NCBI GenBank assembly: GCA_965285935.1
Contig: OZ260661.1
Coordinates: 47,554,001 to 47,618,000, forward strand
DNA: 64,000 nucleotides
From: Ophelia neglecta
Taxonomy: Eukaryota
Direction: 5' to 3'
Both the position numbers and the translations under genes were made by a program. The notes beneath the pieces were generated by a model. That model was not told the DNA's origin and searched no databases. It saw only the letters and a list, made by a program, of their open reading frames with translations. Below, piece after piece: positions 38,086 to 51,499 of this stretch (positions are counted from its first letter, which is position 1; every line of letters starts with the position of its first letter).

Positions 38086-41000
38086 TTATGTAGTATGTGT
38101 TCTATGTTTGTTTTGGTATAAACAGTATCCAATGAGAGTTACAACGCTTACAATGGAGCAAAGGCCCTGAATGTAGAAAGTCAGTGTCCACTCTCCAGTT
38201 ATGTCTGCCAAGTATCCTGCATGAAATGAAACAAATAAAGTGCATTTATTCCAATATTTGATTAGATTATTTAATAACTAAATAAAGGAATTACACAGAT
38301 GTTTACCGGAATGCAATAATGAAAATTGACTAGGTCTATATTAGAAAATAATTTAGCTGACAGCAGGTGAAACACATACCGCCATAAACAGGGCAAATGA
38401 GCAGAGGAACCCCCAAGTAAATGCTTAAAATTGAAAATCCACTCTGAACTTTTTCTTGACCTAGATTCTCGACTAACAGCACAGCGAGCAGCATAGCGTC
38501 AATGCCAATTCCAATGCCGTAGACAAGCGCCAAAACGCCAAATATTGCAAAATTGTCTCCGAATTCTGGCATAAGAAATGAGCACGTTGCAGCTAATGAG
38601 CCTCCTACGCAAAAGAAAAGATTACTAGAAATAATTTTCCGATCTATTATTAAACCGGGCATAAAGCGCCCACACATATCTCCCAGCCCTAGAAAAGAAA
38701 GGAGTAAGGAGGCCTGGGTTGTTGTCATCCCTTTGCTAAGGGCAAGTGGCGGAAGAAATAGAAAAGTAGTGGGTCCGGAAGCGTTCATGAACAAGCAGGA
38801 AATGCCAAAGGCGATAAGAAATGGATGCTTGATAACTTCCCATTCAAACCGTTTGCTTTTTCCTTTGCTAAGCTCGTCAGTCAGCAATCGGTCAGTATCG
38901 TTGGCATCTGCAAAACTTGTATCGATCTGTTGGTCAATCTGATTTTGAGACCCATAGTATCTATAATCGGCTGCTAAAAGTGGGTCATGAGGTTCTGCAT
39001 CGGTCAGCATGTTGTTTGTTTTGTCAAACTTATATCGGAGACACCCTTGCCTGTAGCCATGGTTCCGTAGATAGAATTCGGGTGGTCTGAGAAGAGCCCC
39101 ACACACACAGATGTTCAGCATGGTAGCAGCCATGATGAGTATTGTTCCTTGTAGTAAAAACTCTTCTAGGAGGAGAGATATGATTGGTGGAATAATAACA
39201 GTACCGACCCCTGCACCGCAGACAGCCAGACCGTTAGCGAATGCTCGTCGTTTGTCAAAATATTCGGTCATCAATGATATAGATGGCGTGAAACTCAGTG
39301 CAGTGCCCAAACCTAACAGGAAAAAAATGGAACCGGACGTCAAGATATAATACAAATGAATATGTATCATACAAGAGGCAATGTTGACCTTTGACAACCG
39401 TCATTTCCATATCTCTATATATTATAATGTTTATATTAAACGCTTGTTTGAAACGAAATCAATTACTTACCAACAAAAATACCATAAGAAAAATACATAT
39501 AGACAACTTTAGGAGCAAACATGGTGAGGATGAAGCCCATAAATATGAAAATTCCACCACTTATAACAGCACATCTTGGCGACCATCGTTTGGCAAATAT
39601 TCCAGCAACGGGTCCTGAAAAACGGTCATTGATTGAGCCAGGGAAGTCTTGGTTTGTTATAAGTACATGTTTTTCCTCTATACAAATGATAGTAAATCGG
39701 CTAATGCTCAACTGCATTAAGCTTATTGCACATACGACTATATATTTTTAATAATATTTATTAAATTGTATACTTTAGATTGTGCACAGCTACTCTAAGT
39801 GCCATCTCTCGACAAGGGACTAATAATATTTCATTGAGAGGGTTTATATAACGATCACCCCCGAATGTGATCAACACTAAAACATGGACTATCTAGCTAA
39901 ACAAATGCCAAACAACTTAACAAATTAGCATGGTTAGACGTTGATTGTAACTGATTGATCAAATATTCGCAGTCTTATAGAATAGCCATCAAAGTTTGCG
40001 TAAAGTGAACATTTCGATTGTTTCACAGTACAGAAATTATTAATAGGCCCTAAAAGTCAAAGTGTAGACAGTGATAACGGTAAAGTGTTTATATTAGGCG
40101 TGTCGTCATGGCCGCCAGTGTATGCTGGTGGTAACACTTTCCCTTCATCTGTAAGGATATCTCCCTCTAGTGAAATTATTAAAAAGCAGAATTGACAATA
40201 TGTGTAATCCCAAGTCCCTGTGATAGTTGAAAACGCCTTAAGGCATACAGGTCGCTTGTATTAGGCTATTAAAGCAGGTAGTTGTTGGTGTAAACATATT
40301 TTATTGGGATTAACCAAGTAGCATGGGGCTTATCTAGTGGCCTCTACCAACAATTTTCAATGAGAAAATAAAGCCAATTTTACCCCAAAAAAATTATGTA
40401 TCAACACTTTCTCCAAATCTATAGGGGGAGGTTGCAAGATTATATCTGTGAATTTACAGGGAAAGGTATTATAATTACAGAATGAGTGGTACTCTTTGGT
40501 ACACATATACATATATTGTATTGTCAAGTGTATAATATATCATATGCTGAATGTAGTACGCCTATCATTATTAACGAACTCTGTGTGAGTAAATACTAAT
40601 ATGGTAATCACCCAAACATACTTTATATATACACATTAGAAATATAGACATGTTGATATGATGTATTTTTTAAAGCTAAAAACGTTATTTGAATGTTTCG
40701 TATGTCTTATGTTCCGTTCAGTTTAAGTTTATGGAATACATACCTGTATACATGTTCAATGAAGAAAGGAATGAATAAATAAAAAAAAAAAAAAAAATTC
40801 AATACAATTTTAGATTAAAATGACTAGATGGAGATAACATGAACGAACAGACAAATAGACAGATGGACAAACAGGAATTTCACACACACACAAACACAAG
40901 CCAATATCACATTCATGTTAAGCAATCATTACGTTCAGGATAGATATGTATTTCACTCAACATAAAACAGAAAAGGTGGGGACGAATAGATAACATCAAC

Positions 41001-44000
41001 ACATACACATGGTTCGGGAGGTTTTCCTACATCAGTTATTAAACTACGTGGAAAAAATGATATTAAGGGTGTTCTGAAAACACCCATAAATACATTTGCA
41101 ACAACACAACCAAGACTGGGACAACAACAAACATGTACACGAATGCAACACTTACATTGTTTTCTTTTGCTTTATTCTGCCATTGAAATATATTATGAAA
41201 TATAATGGAGTATTATAGTCTTCCATAGGGGGGAACAAGTTAGAACAGCTGATACTAAGTTGGCCTCTTACAGATAGGCAGAAAATACACGAAGCCTTTT
41301 AATCGGAATAATTTTCTGGAATGAGTCCTTAATACTAAAGGGGCTTATGACCCAAATCGGGCATTTTAGCCCATCTTTGTTAGTAGCAATGACATAAGTG
41401 AACTAGATGAGGCGACAATCAGATTGTACTTTTGTATATTCCTTGATTATTCTACGTCAGTGCTTAGAAAAAATAGACTGTTGACAAACAGATCCATGAA
41501 ACAATGATATTTAAACTTACCTAAAACCATACTTAGAAATTGGGCAATCGACGACACCCAAGCCGTTTGTTGCGCGGAACTTTGAAATACTTCTGTTAAT
41601 TCCACGAAAATAACACCGAAACTTTTATGAGCCCCGCTTATCGCAAGCACGTGAACTCCAAATACACCTGAATACAAAAAAAAATAATGATAATAGAAAA
41701 GTGACATTGAACTTCCTCCCAACCATAAGAGGCTGGCATCTAACGACGGTTTAAACATCTCTGACGTCCGAATAAGTCAGTCAGGATAAAACTTTACTTA
41801 TACTACTGCCCAAATTAAATTTAATGATATTGATCCATGAAAAAGCTTCCCGGTACTTCCACCCACTGTCGGTATTAGGCTGCCTACAGTAAATGCCAAC
41901 CCGTTTGTACTACCGACTGTCGGTATTGGGCTATCTACAGTAAATGTCAACCCGGCACTTCAACCGACTGTCTGTATTGGACTGCCTACAGTAAATGTCA
42001 ACCGGTTACTTCTACCGACTGTCGGTATTGGACTGCCTACAGTAAATGTCAACCGGTTACTTCCACCGACTGTCGGTATTGGGCAGCCTACAGTAAATGT
42101 CAACCAGTTACTTCTACCGACTGTCGGTATTGAACTGCCTACAGTAAATGTCAACCGGTTACTTCCACCGACTGTCGGTATTGGACTGCCTACAGTAAAT
42201 GTCAACCGGTTACTTCCACCGACTGTCGGTATTGGGCAGCCTACAGTAAATGTCAACTGGTTACTTCTACCGACTGTCGGTATTGAACTGCCTACAGTAA
42301 ATGTCAACCGGTTACTTCCACCGACTGTCGGTATTTGACAGCCTACAGTAAATGTCAACCGGTTACTTCTACCGACTGTCGGTATTGGACAGCCTACAGT
42401 AAATGTCAACCGGTTACTTCTACCGACTGTCGGTATTGGACAGCCTACAGTAAATCTCAACCGGTTACTTCCACCGACTGTCGGTATTGTGCTGCCTACA
42501 GTAAATGTCAACCGGTTACTTCTACCGACTGTCGGTATTGGACAGCCTACAGTAAATGTCAACCGGTTACCTCCACCGACTGTCGGTATTGGACTGCCTA
42601 CAGTAAATGTCAACCGGTTACTTCTACCGACTGTCGGTATTGGACAGCCTACAGTAAATGTCAACCGGTTACTTCCACCGACTGTCGGTATTGGACTGCC
42701 TACAGTAAATGTCAACCGGTTACTTCCACCGACTGTCGGTATTGGAGTGCCTACAGTAAATGTCAACCGGTTACTTCTACCGACTTGTCCGTATTGGGCT
42801 GCCTGCATTTAATGTCTTCGGGAGGGGGGGGGGGGGTTCTGGGACCCAATCTTGCTTTCAGTTTGCTAGGAATGATTTTGCAACAGACATTACTTTTAAT
42901 TGGTGGGGTGTTGCGTTTCTAAAAGCCTGTTTGATATTGAGAATTGGCAATTACCATTTAAGGAGACAAATTGAGGATTTTCAGTTTTCTAAAGTTGACC
43001 ATAAAATACGACCTAAGTCACATTACAATTGGCCACTGTATGCTGTGCATATACAATTTCAATCTTGCACCATTAGCCATTAGGAGGCAGGAAGATTTCA
43101 GTTATCTCAATTGATCTTTAAACTGAGGTCAAATGAAGATCCCCATAAGAGAATCCTTGGCGATATGACTTTCTATAAGTAGTCCATAAATTTGATACAC
43201 ATATCTTCCACCATTACCAAGTTTCAAGATGGTGAAGTATTGATAATAATTATTTGACTTTGAAAATGAAAAAAAAAACTCAAATTTAATATCACCACTG
43301 CATGGATACGATAGTCTTATACGTTCCGTCCTATAAGGGCCTAGTCGTCAATACATTGGATAGACCTTAGTTGCATGCACCATAAAGTCATTAATAAATA
43401 TCTCCATGAACATTTTTTTTATAGAAATAATTCATTAAATGGTCTCTGTTAAAGCTGTACAAAGCAAATTAACCGGACATTGATATGTATGTAATTATTT
43501 GTAGTTATGACCCTGGTTAAAAGAGAGCGTTTTATGCAAAATGGTGATTTCGTCAAGGTTACATGTAAAGATGCTTTTCTGATGAAGGCTAGCAGATACA
43601 GGGTCCTCATATAATTTCTGCTGTGACAGTTAAACATTTTGGGGGAAGGCATATTTAATTCTCTTTATTGCGTAACAGAAAATTTTTACCAATCTGCTAG
43701 AAGGAATAATGTCACTAGAAGAAATTTCTACCCTAATACTGTTAAGAATGCAATCTTGACTTATCGGTCTATAGTCTCACACTTATGAGACCTAAGTCCA
43801 TCATAGTCTCTGCTAGTATCAGACATATATCATTTTTGTCATGATTCGTTCGTTTTTGTGTTCTGACTGACGTCATAGATAGCCTACCTGTTGACTGTTG
43901 CAAGTGTCATAAACTTGCTTTTGTTGTTCTTAATTATTTGCAAGCTTATTACTGTAAGCGAACTTGTAAAGGTGATTAATGTTTGTGGGCCTGTGCAGAA

Positions 44001-44735
44001 CTGCCTGTACACCACAGTTTACCTTTACGTTCCTATTAATATAAGCTATAATGTCACCTTCTGCCCCGAGTGACCATGTAATATGCATGAATATCTAGAG
44101 GCAGACATTGCGTGATCAGAATAGAGTAGAATGATCGCCTGGTTAAAATTCTGATTCCAAGGATGTATATCATGTGACAGTTATCTACTTATTCATCAAC
44201 ACAAGAAAATAAAAGGATGGACACCTATATTTGATAGAAGGTAGCCCTATTTCGTTCGTATTTGTGTGTACCGAGCAGTTTAACTCGAATTAAGCACCCA
44301 AGGGAATGTTTGGGACGCATGTTCTCTTATTTTAACCTTGCTGAGTCTCGTCATTATCCATTGGTATTCCAAGGTTAACATCCCTAGTCATAAATTTACA
44401 AATAATTTAACAGACACAACATTTTTTAATAAATACTGATCTACACAAGATTTTTTAGAAAATATTGCTTCCGGACACCAAAAATTTGGTACAAATTCTT
44501 CCGTGTCGGTTAATTTAATACTGGGTAAACTATTGAAACAGTATATTTTTCAAAAATCCCGGTGAATGTTATAAAATTTTCTTGTGTCTCAACAGGAAAT
44601 ACACAGTTAAGTAACATGCATATTAGCTTTGTCCTAAATATACATACTCAGAACGCACATCCATGCCCATCCCCGATCCTTGGGCACCCCTTTCCTATCA
44701 TAATATTTGGTATTTTTTTCTGTTTCCTCCATCAT
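38086..44735 (-). CDS. SLC16 / monocarboxylate transporter (MFS) paralogue A, about 480 aa
   Basis: Exons 44735-44648 (MMEE...PKDRGWAWMCVL), 41667-41521, 39614-39471, 39312-38380, 38216-38086 (TAA), all introns phase 1 GT-AG. MCT signatures: PxDxGW(G/A)W, YFDKRRAFANGLAVCGAG, CGALLRP, GDMCGR, GYLADITG. Confidence 0.9.
41856..42805. repeat. 51-bp minisatellite, about 18 copies, in intron 1 of MCT paralogue A
   Basis: Unit CCGACTGTCGGTATTGGACTGCCTACAGTAAATGTCAACCGGTTACTTC(C/T)A repeated head-to-tail; explains the 17-aa periodic ORFs in the track. Confidence 0.97.
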
Positions 44736-45724
44736 ATAACTTTTCGTCCTTTCAAGTCATATGAACCCTAAAACAATGGTGGATCCTAAATCCCGCCTCA
44801 CAGTTTCTGTAGTACTGTCCTCAGTGTATAATCCATCCGATTAGACGGACTCCTTGACATAAGTTCTTTTAAACCACCACGTATTATGATCATCATAAAC
44901 GACTCACCTTTGGCGCCGATAAATAAGTGCTAAAGAAAGTTGTACTCGTAAAACATTAAGCCTTAAGTTTGTCAATAATCCATCGAGCGTGTTTTCAAAA
45001 GTATTATGAGAAAAGTTTTGCCTTCAAGTGAACAGTAAATGTGTCGGGTGATTTAATGTTTCGTTTACAATGTACAATAACAAATTAAACCGACAATATG
45101 GGCTTTTATGTCCACGTGATGGCGTCATTTGAGCATGTTCAGCATGAAGGCAAAATGTCATCTATATTGGCATGTAAATGTACCTGAATAATATACCAGA
45201 CAGGTATGAGAAATTTACCTTCGTAAACCACATTTTTAAAACAAGAAAGGGTTAACCTCCCCCTCCCCTCCCGCCAAGTATGTCTAGATTCACTGTGGAT
45301 CTGAATTTGCGAATTAAATTTGCATGCAAAGAGTAAATTGGTTCGCAATTCCCAGTAATTACGACTAAGTCCAATTAGCCCAGTTCTTCAACTGATTTCC
45401 TCTTACCACGACAAAATGATTAATGCACTGTGGGACATGTGGCAAAGACTAACACGATTAATGCCACTGACCATATACTCTCAAAGACTGATTTTATCAT
45501 GCTAGGCGTCTATAAAGTATCTTTAATAGTTTCGTTATTAAGAAAGCTGAAAAATTGCTTAAGATAAAAAGAAATCACCTACTTACCTACCCTATATTTT
45601 TTCAGGTCCATACCAGGAAACAAAACATTATCTTTCAGCCTCACTGGCCTCGTTTATATTTGATACAATCTACTTCGTAACATTCGTGACTTTGGTACCA
45701 ATAGATTTATTTAATGAGAGTTTC

Positions 45725-48700
45725 CTACGTATTTAGGCAATGATTTCTCCTTTTTAGTTTTGAAACAATGATATAGCAAAGGACCGTAACTGCAGACAAA
45801 ACTATTGCCATCCCGTCGAGGAAAAATGTGGCGTTCCAGTGTCCGGTGGTATCCGCAAGATATCCTATAAACAGTATAAAAACAATGCAATTGTTAACCA
45901 TATGACGAATATATAGGATACTTAGAATTAGTTAACAGTTACCTATCGCTTTTGGACATCTACCACAGATATATACCCGCAAACGAATCGGAAAGGTAAG
46001 GACGTTTTTAATACTTATTAAGATTCAAGGAAGCTTTAAAATGTGTCTCTGACACGTTTCCGATTTAACTTTACTTACGAGCCAAGCCTGGGAAACCCTT
46101 TTATAATTATCTTCAAAATAACTATGACTATAAACCCTAACGACGATAAGCGTAAATTTCAACAAAATTGTTATTCGTATTCGAATGTCAATTGGGGTAA
46201 AGGCCTAGAGGACAGTTGTTTTTGTTGTCAGGCATTTATGATTTATAAGGCCCCGTGTGCTTGGAGCATTTTGAGTACGTTCTGTCTCTTAAGACTTTCG
46301 TTATTCGCTAATCCTATAAGAAACTAATCTATAACTACAATTGTCACCGGAGTAAACACTTATGAACTTTATTTCTGTCACACCGGATGTGGTGTCAGAT
46401 AATACTCGATAGAACATCATATAGGGTATACTCGTGTAATATCGTTTCAATCCGCGCAGGGAGTAGCCTTATTCCGCGCCGAATAAGGCTATATACCTAC
46501 TGCACGGAATTAAGCGATGCACGAAGTTACCGGACTTAACTATATAATAAAGGCTATAGGCTCAATTACTATAAAGGAAAGCAGTGATTTTGGACGAACT
46601 TCAGCGTCAATCTGTATACAATATGACCATTGTCCATGCTTTGCGTGTCATGGCAAATCAACTATTAATGCCCTTAATGGAATATGTTAGAGGAAACTGT
46701 TCTGTCTTGCTCGGCTCAATTGTCCACCCGAATGCACTGCTATGACGGGGTAAGTAGGTCATTAACGCCAGGTTGCCCTATTCATGGATTATTTTCTTTG
46801 AACGCGTGGAAAAGAAGCAATACTACACGTGCTACAATTTCCACGCGTGTCTCCATTTGATTAATAACTGTTCGTTTACCGAATGAATCAGATTTTGTAC
46901 TTTTGTTAAAATACCACACTTACCTCCAATTGCGGGTGAATACAAAATGGGTACTCCTAAAAAGACAGTCAGAATTGAAAAGCTGCTCTGTAATTTTTCT
47001 GGTCCCATATTTTTAGCAAGTATAACTGGCAAAAGTGCGAATATAGCTCCATTACCAAGACCAAAAAAGAAGGAAAGTGCCCCAAATGATACATAGCTTT
47101 CTGAAAGAACAGGCATGAGGCAGGCGCATATGCCCGACAGAAAAGCACACGCTGCGTAGAAGATATTTTTGGGCAGACTATTGGAATCTGCCAACCATCC
47201 CGCAGCAAATCGCCCGAAAGTGTCACCTACTCCGAGCATGGAAAACATAAATCCCGAGCTGATGGATGAAAGCCCTCTTTCCTGAGCCAAGGACGGAATG
47301 AATAAAAAAATCGAAGGCACTCCCGAATGTAGGAGAAATACCGAAATGCAATAGGTTATGAGAAAAGGCTCCTTTATCAGGGTCCATTCAAATGATCGAG
47401 GGCCTACGTATTGTTTATCCTCAGTAATTACTTTTTCAATAAGATGCGTTTCCGTGTTGACAGATCGAATGATACTTTCTTGTTTAGAATCTGTCAATTC
47501 GTTATCGCTAATTGTTCCGTAAGTTGCGTTAATACGGCTACTCGTTCTCCTTACTTTCCGTATTGTATAAACTTCCGGCGGCCTTAATAATGCAGCGCAT
47601 ACACAAATATTTAGCATCAGCGCCCCCATAATGAGTAATGTGCCGTATAAAGAGTACTCCTCCAGGAGCACGGTGATCAGTGGTGGGGCGACGAATGTGC
47701 CAATGCCGGACCCGGAAGCCGCCAAGCCATTGGCCAGAGAGAGCCTTTTGTCGAAGTGCATGGACATCGCTGATATTGCTGGGGTGTAACATAGTGCTGT
47801 GCCAAACCCTTCAAAAGCAATCGAAAAGGGAGACGTAACCTTTCAATAACGTATCTCACCTCAGACAAAGCATGAATTATAATATGTTTAAACGACTACT
47901 GCTCTCTTCGTGTGCGACCAAATACAAAGAAGTACAGATATAATGCTGATTTCTTATTTTCCTACCAATGATAATTCCATACGAGAAGTATAGAAAGTAG
48001 ATATTCGGCGCCAAAGTGCAGAGGACGAAGCCACAGAACATAGTCACTCCTCCGGAAAACACCACTACTCTTGGTGTGAATTTTGTTGCTAATACTCCAG
48101 CAACGGGACCTGTGAGAAATATGAAATGTCAGTACCTCGAACAAGAGGTCACTTGTTTCCTTATAATTTTCATATGCAATTTAAATAATCAACGAAAATG
48201 ATGACTTAATGTTGATGCCAACAAACGAAAAGAAATGTGGATAAGTCTTTCATATTTTTACATTCTAAGCCTTCCATGACAAATTAAATTTATTTCACAG
48301 AACGCCTAGGTCGACCAATCCAATTATTGCAGGGCTTTATCAGTAACTGTAGGCATTTGTAAAGCCCCCCTCCACTACCACCAACACCACCACATCCCTC
48401 CTCCCATGGAATTTAGGGTTTGTATGTATAGGCTAAACAAATAGTATTTTAGAAGACTCAACAATTCTCCCAGTGAACAAATAGATTACGTTTTATCTAA
48501 ATGAAAAAGGTGACGCCCTCTCTATGAACAATATACTTGGTGCCAGCGACGTATACAAATTCTGGTTGTAAAAATATTAAAACACCTAAACCAAGGGAAA
48601 GTCCTTGGGCTAAAGATGATATCCACGCCGTCTCTTGTGAAGATGATTGGAACACCTGCTCCAACCGAATGAAAAGAAACCCGAAACATTTGTGGGCTAT

Positions 48701-50344
48701 GCTCACGGCCATCAGCAAGACGAGAAATGTGGCTGTGGAAGAAAAAAGAAGTACAAGCTGAAATAGCACACTATATAAAGTAAGAACAGCTAGTGCTTCT
48801 ATTGGTGAGTTTTTGTTATATTTCCATGTGTTTATTGTCCTTGCTGTATCACACTTGACTCAGGGTGTAAGGCCTATAACGAGAAATTCTGTTGGTCGAG
48901 GCTGTTTCAAAATGATTTACTTTTGATCTACTGTACGTGACTACCGTTATCTATGTTTATCTTTGCAATCTCATTTGTTACCAACTTGCGTAATATATCA
49001 TATGTTTGTAATTACGTAAAAAGGAGTCAGACGTTAATCTGAACTTAAAGTTAGGCATTATTCAATGGCTTCGGCTAAGTGGTCGAATTGGTATGATAAA
49101 GAAAAAGACATGAAACAAGTATGTGTACAGAACATGGATATCATAAGGCCAAACATGGAAGTCGCCATTCTCTTTAGATATTCATTTCCATAAAAGTGCA
49201 GTGGACTTGAGTGTAAACGTTTTTATTGCTGCCATACTAGACCAATTTGGTTCGGAGCTGCTGCCAGTGTGGACGACGGCGATAAATATCAATAATGAGC
49301 GTGTTATATCGTCACCCTGTCGCTGTTAAAAAATCTCGCCTACCGCTGGATTTTTATCTTTCTGAGTAAGGCCACAACACCCGCTCATTATCTATACTGA
49401 AACCCTCTCGGTAGAGTACGCGCCCATTTATTTATCTGCTATGTTATAGATTGATATATGTTTATTAATAAATATATGGTGAAAAACAAGGTGCTTAGTA
49501 GCCCTATGTGAAAATAAAAATATGTATTAGTCGTTTTGACCCTAAGAGGTACCATTTATTTGCTGAAAGTGATTCACCAGAAGGAGGGCTGGTTTCCATG
49601 ATGACCGGGCTTTGGCATTACAACTTTAAACAATGGAAAAACTCCCTCAGTCAGCAAAAATAAAAATAAAACAACTGGACTTCCGGAAACACGTGCTTTC
49701 TTTCTTAGGCAACACGTGCACAACAGTCATGTCACACCGAACGCAAGGGAAAATATGAACAGACCAGTTAGGCTGCAAGGATTTCACCCATTTAAAAAGA
49801 CAGAGGCACGTGACTCGCCCATTGCTAAACGCTGATAGGTCAATACCAAGACATTAAAGCATCAAATGTTTTGATACGATGTGGATATCGTGCCATCACT
49901 GTGGTCCTATTTTTCTTACCAAACGTCATGCGTTGCTCGTCACTTTTATTTTGACCCAATTCTGACGATTTCTGAGCCGCCAGCTTATATCGGAACTAAT
50001 GATATATGAATGTTTTGAGGCTCATCTTTTTCTAAGCCTTGTGATCAAAATGCTTTTATCATGTGCATAAGTTTTTGTGTGTAATAAGCCTGGACCGCGC
50101 AGGTAGGATAAAACAATCCATAATCAGACCTATATCTAGACACTTCAATGTTACATTGCTGTTGACATAATATAGCGGCTATTGAAAGTTAATACTAAAA
50201 ATAACAAATAATCATACCTAACACACACATCCAAGCCCAACCCGTGTCCTTAGGACTAGCATTATTATGTATTTCCTTAGTAGAATCATTTTTTGCGTCC
50301 TTAGACCTAATGTCGGGGTCTATTTCCAAACTGTTACATTTCAT
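45725..50344 (-). CDS. SLC16 / monocarboxylate transporter (MFS) paralogue B, about 480 aa
   Basis: Exons 50344-50218 (MKCNSLE...PKDTGWAWMCVL), 48732-48586, 48109-47966, 47808-46924, 45864-45725 (TAG), with the same intron positions as paralogue A. Motifs HFDKRLSLANGLAASGSG, CAALLRP, GDTFGR, GYLADTTG. Confidence 0.9.
46431..46524. repeat. Fold-back palindrome (probable palindromic MITE remnant) in intron 4 of MCT-B
   Basis: Perfect inner stem TAGCCTTATTC (46464-46474) / GAATAAGGCTA (46481-46491), flanked by imperfect arms ATCGTTTCAATCCGCGCAG / CTGCACGGAATTAAGCGAT. Confidence 0.7.
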
Positions 50345-50546
50345 GTTGAACTCTCATTTCCACAACACTTGATGAAACTATAACCAGCCTTCACCCCGGT
50401 AAACTCTCTATTAAACGTTCACGATAAACGGGTGAATCAATGCTGTGTACATCATGGGTACACACAATTAGTCTTCAACTTCGTCCTATCTTATCTATGT
50501 TATGTAGGACGATAGGCAGTAAGGCATGAAGTTAAATTAATATATA

Positions 50547-50786
50547 AGGGACGAACCATTAGATAACTGGGAGGGGGGCATCTAGAAGAAGTATGAGGAA
50601 AAAAGTTGCTGAAAAAAATTGTATGATTGGATTGAAGTTAATAAAACACTGTAGTTTTGCAAAAACAAAACTATTTATCGCGACAAGCTTAGAAAAGAAA
50701 AAATGTGCATGCCTACGATAACATTTGAAGTAAAAACCGTTGCCCCCCCCCCTTTCCCCGTTCCGATAATCTAATGGAGCGCCCCT
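50547..50786. mobile_element. MITE of about 240 bp (PIF/Harbinger-like by ends)
   Basis: Imperfect TIRs AGGGACGAACCATTAGAT / ATCTAATGGAGCGCCCCT, each with an internal G- or C-run; TA-rich flanks resembling a TWA target. Confidence 0.6.
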
Positions 50787-51499
50787 ATTTCATACACAGT
50801 TCACGTGTTCAGGTGGTCAAATTAATAGTACAATGTACTTGCCTTAAGCGTCATATGATATCTGATCTGAGAAGCCACTTTCGCAGAACTTTAGTACTTT
50901 CAACTAAAATGTTCACACTCAATTGAAAAAATAATTATCAGCACATTAGCCGAAATCCACTAAATAAATAAGTGAACACATTATTTATCCCCAAATTTTA
51001 CAAGGTTGTTATATAGCCTACATTTACATAAAGATAAAGGAAAGAAGACAGAGAAGCAAGGCTTAATGCAATGGCTCCTTTAAGAATTAATGAGAATACC
51101 AATTACATAATAAAAGCAATCCTGGTTAACACGGTGGAAGGTCAAGTTTGTAAATGAAACTCAAGGAAGATGTCATGAGGTCCTTTGAGCTATTTATTTG
51201 TACGTGCTATAGGCTATAACCGTATGGAGCGTAGACAAGGCGTATTCGTCTTGCACGTTTCATTGATTGTGCAATATTTCATCTTAATTCACATACACGT
51301 CTCCCAGTTGCATTTTCTTTCTTTATTTCAGTTTATTATACCGGCAACATAAAGTCTGGAGACTTTCAGAAAAAAAGGTTTAAATCATACAACGCTCGCA
51401 AACACTGTGCACAAGCTACTGCTGTCTCATATATTGTATATGTGTAATTGGTGTGTTTAAAAGAAGGCTGCCTCCAATTGGTTTGCTATGTATGACGTT

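Noticed and set aside
41856-42805. CRISPR-like array (regular palindromic repeats)
   Set aside because: There are no unique spacers: the whole 51-bp unit is repeated. The context is a eukaryotic intron and there are no cas genes.
41960-42922. Repetitive ORFs of 282, 195 and 107 aa as real proteins
   Set aside because: They are by-products of a stop-poor 51-bp unit, open on both strands, intronic, with no clear splice or domain support.
43090-43340. Helitron/Helentron-like repeat remnant
   Set aside because: The word content is suggestive, but no termini or hairpin could be defined without a repeat library.
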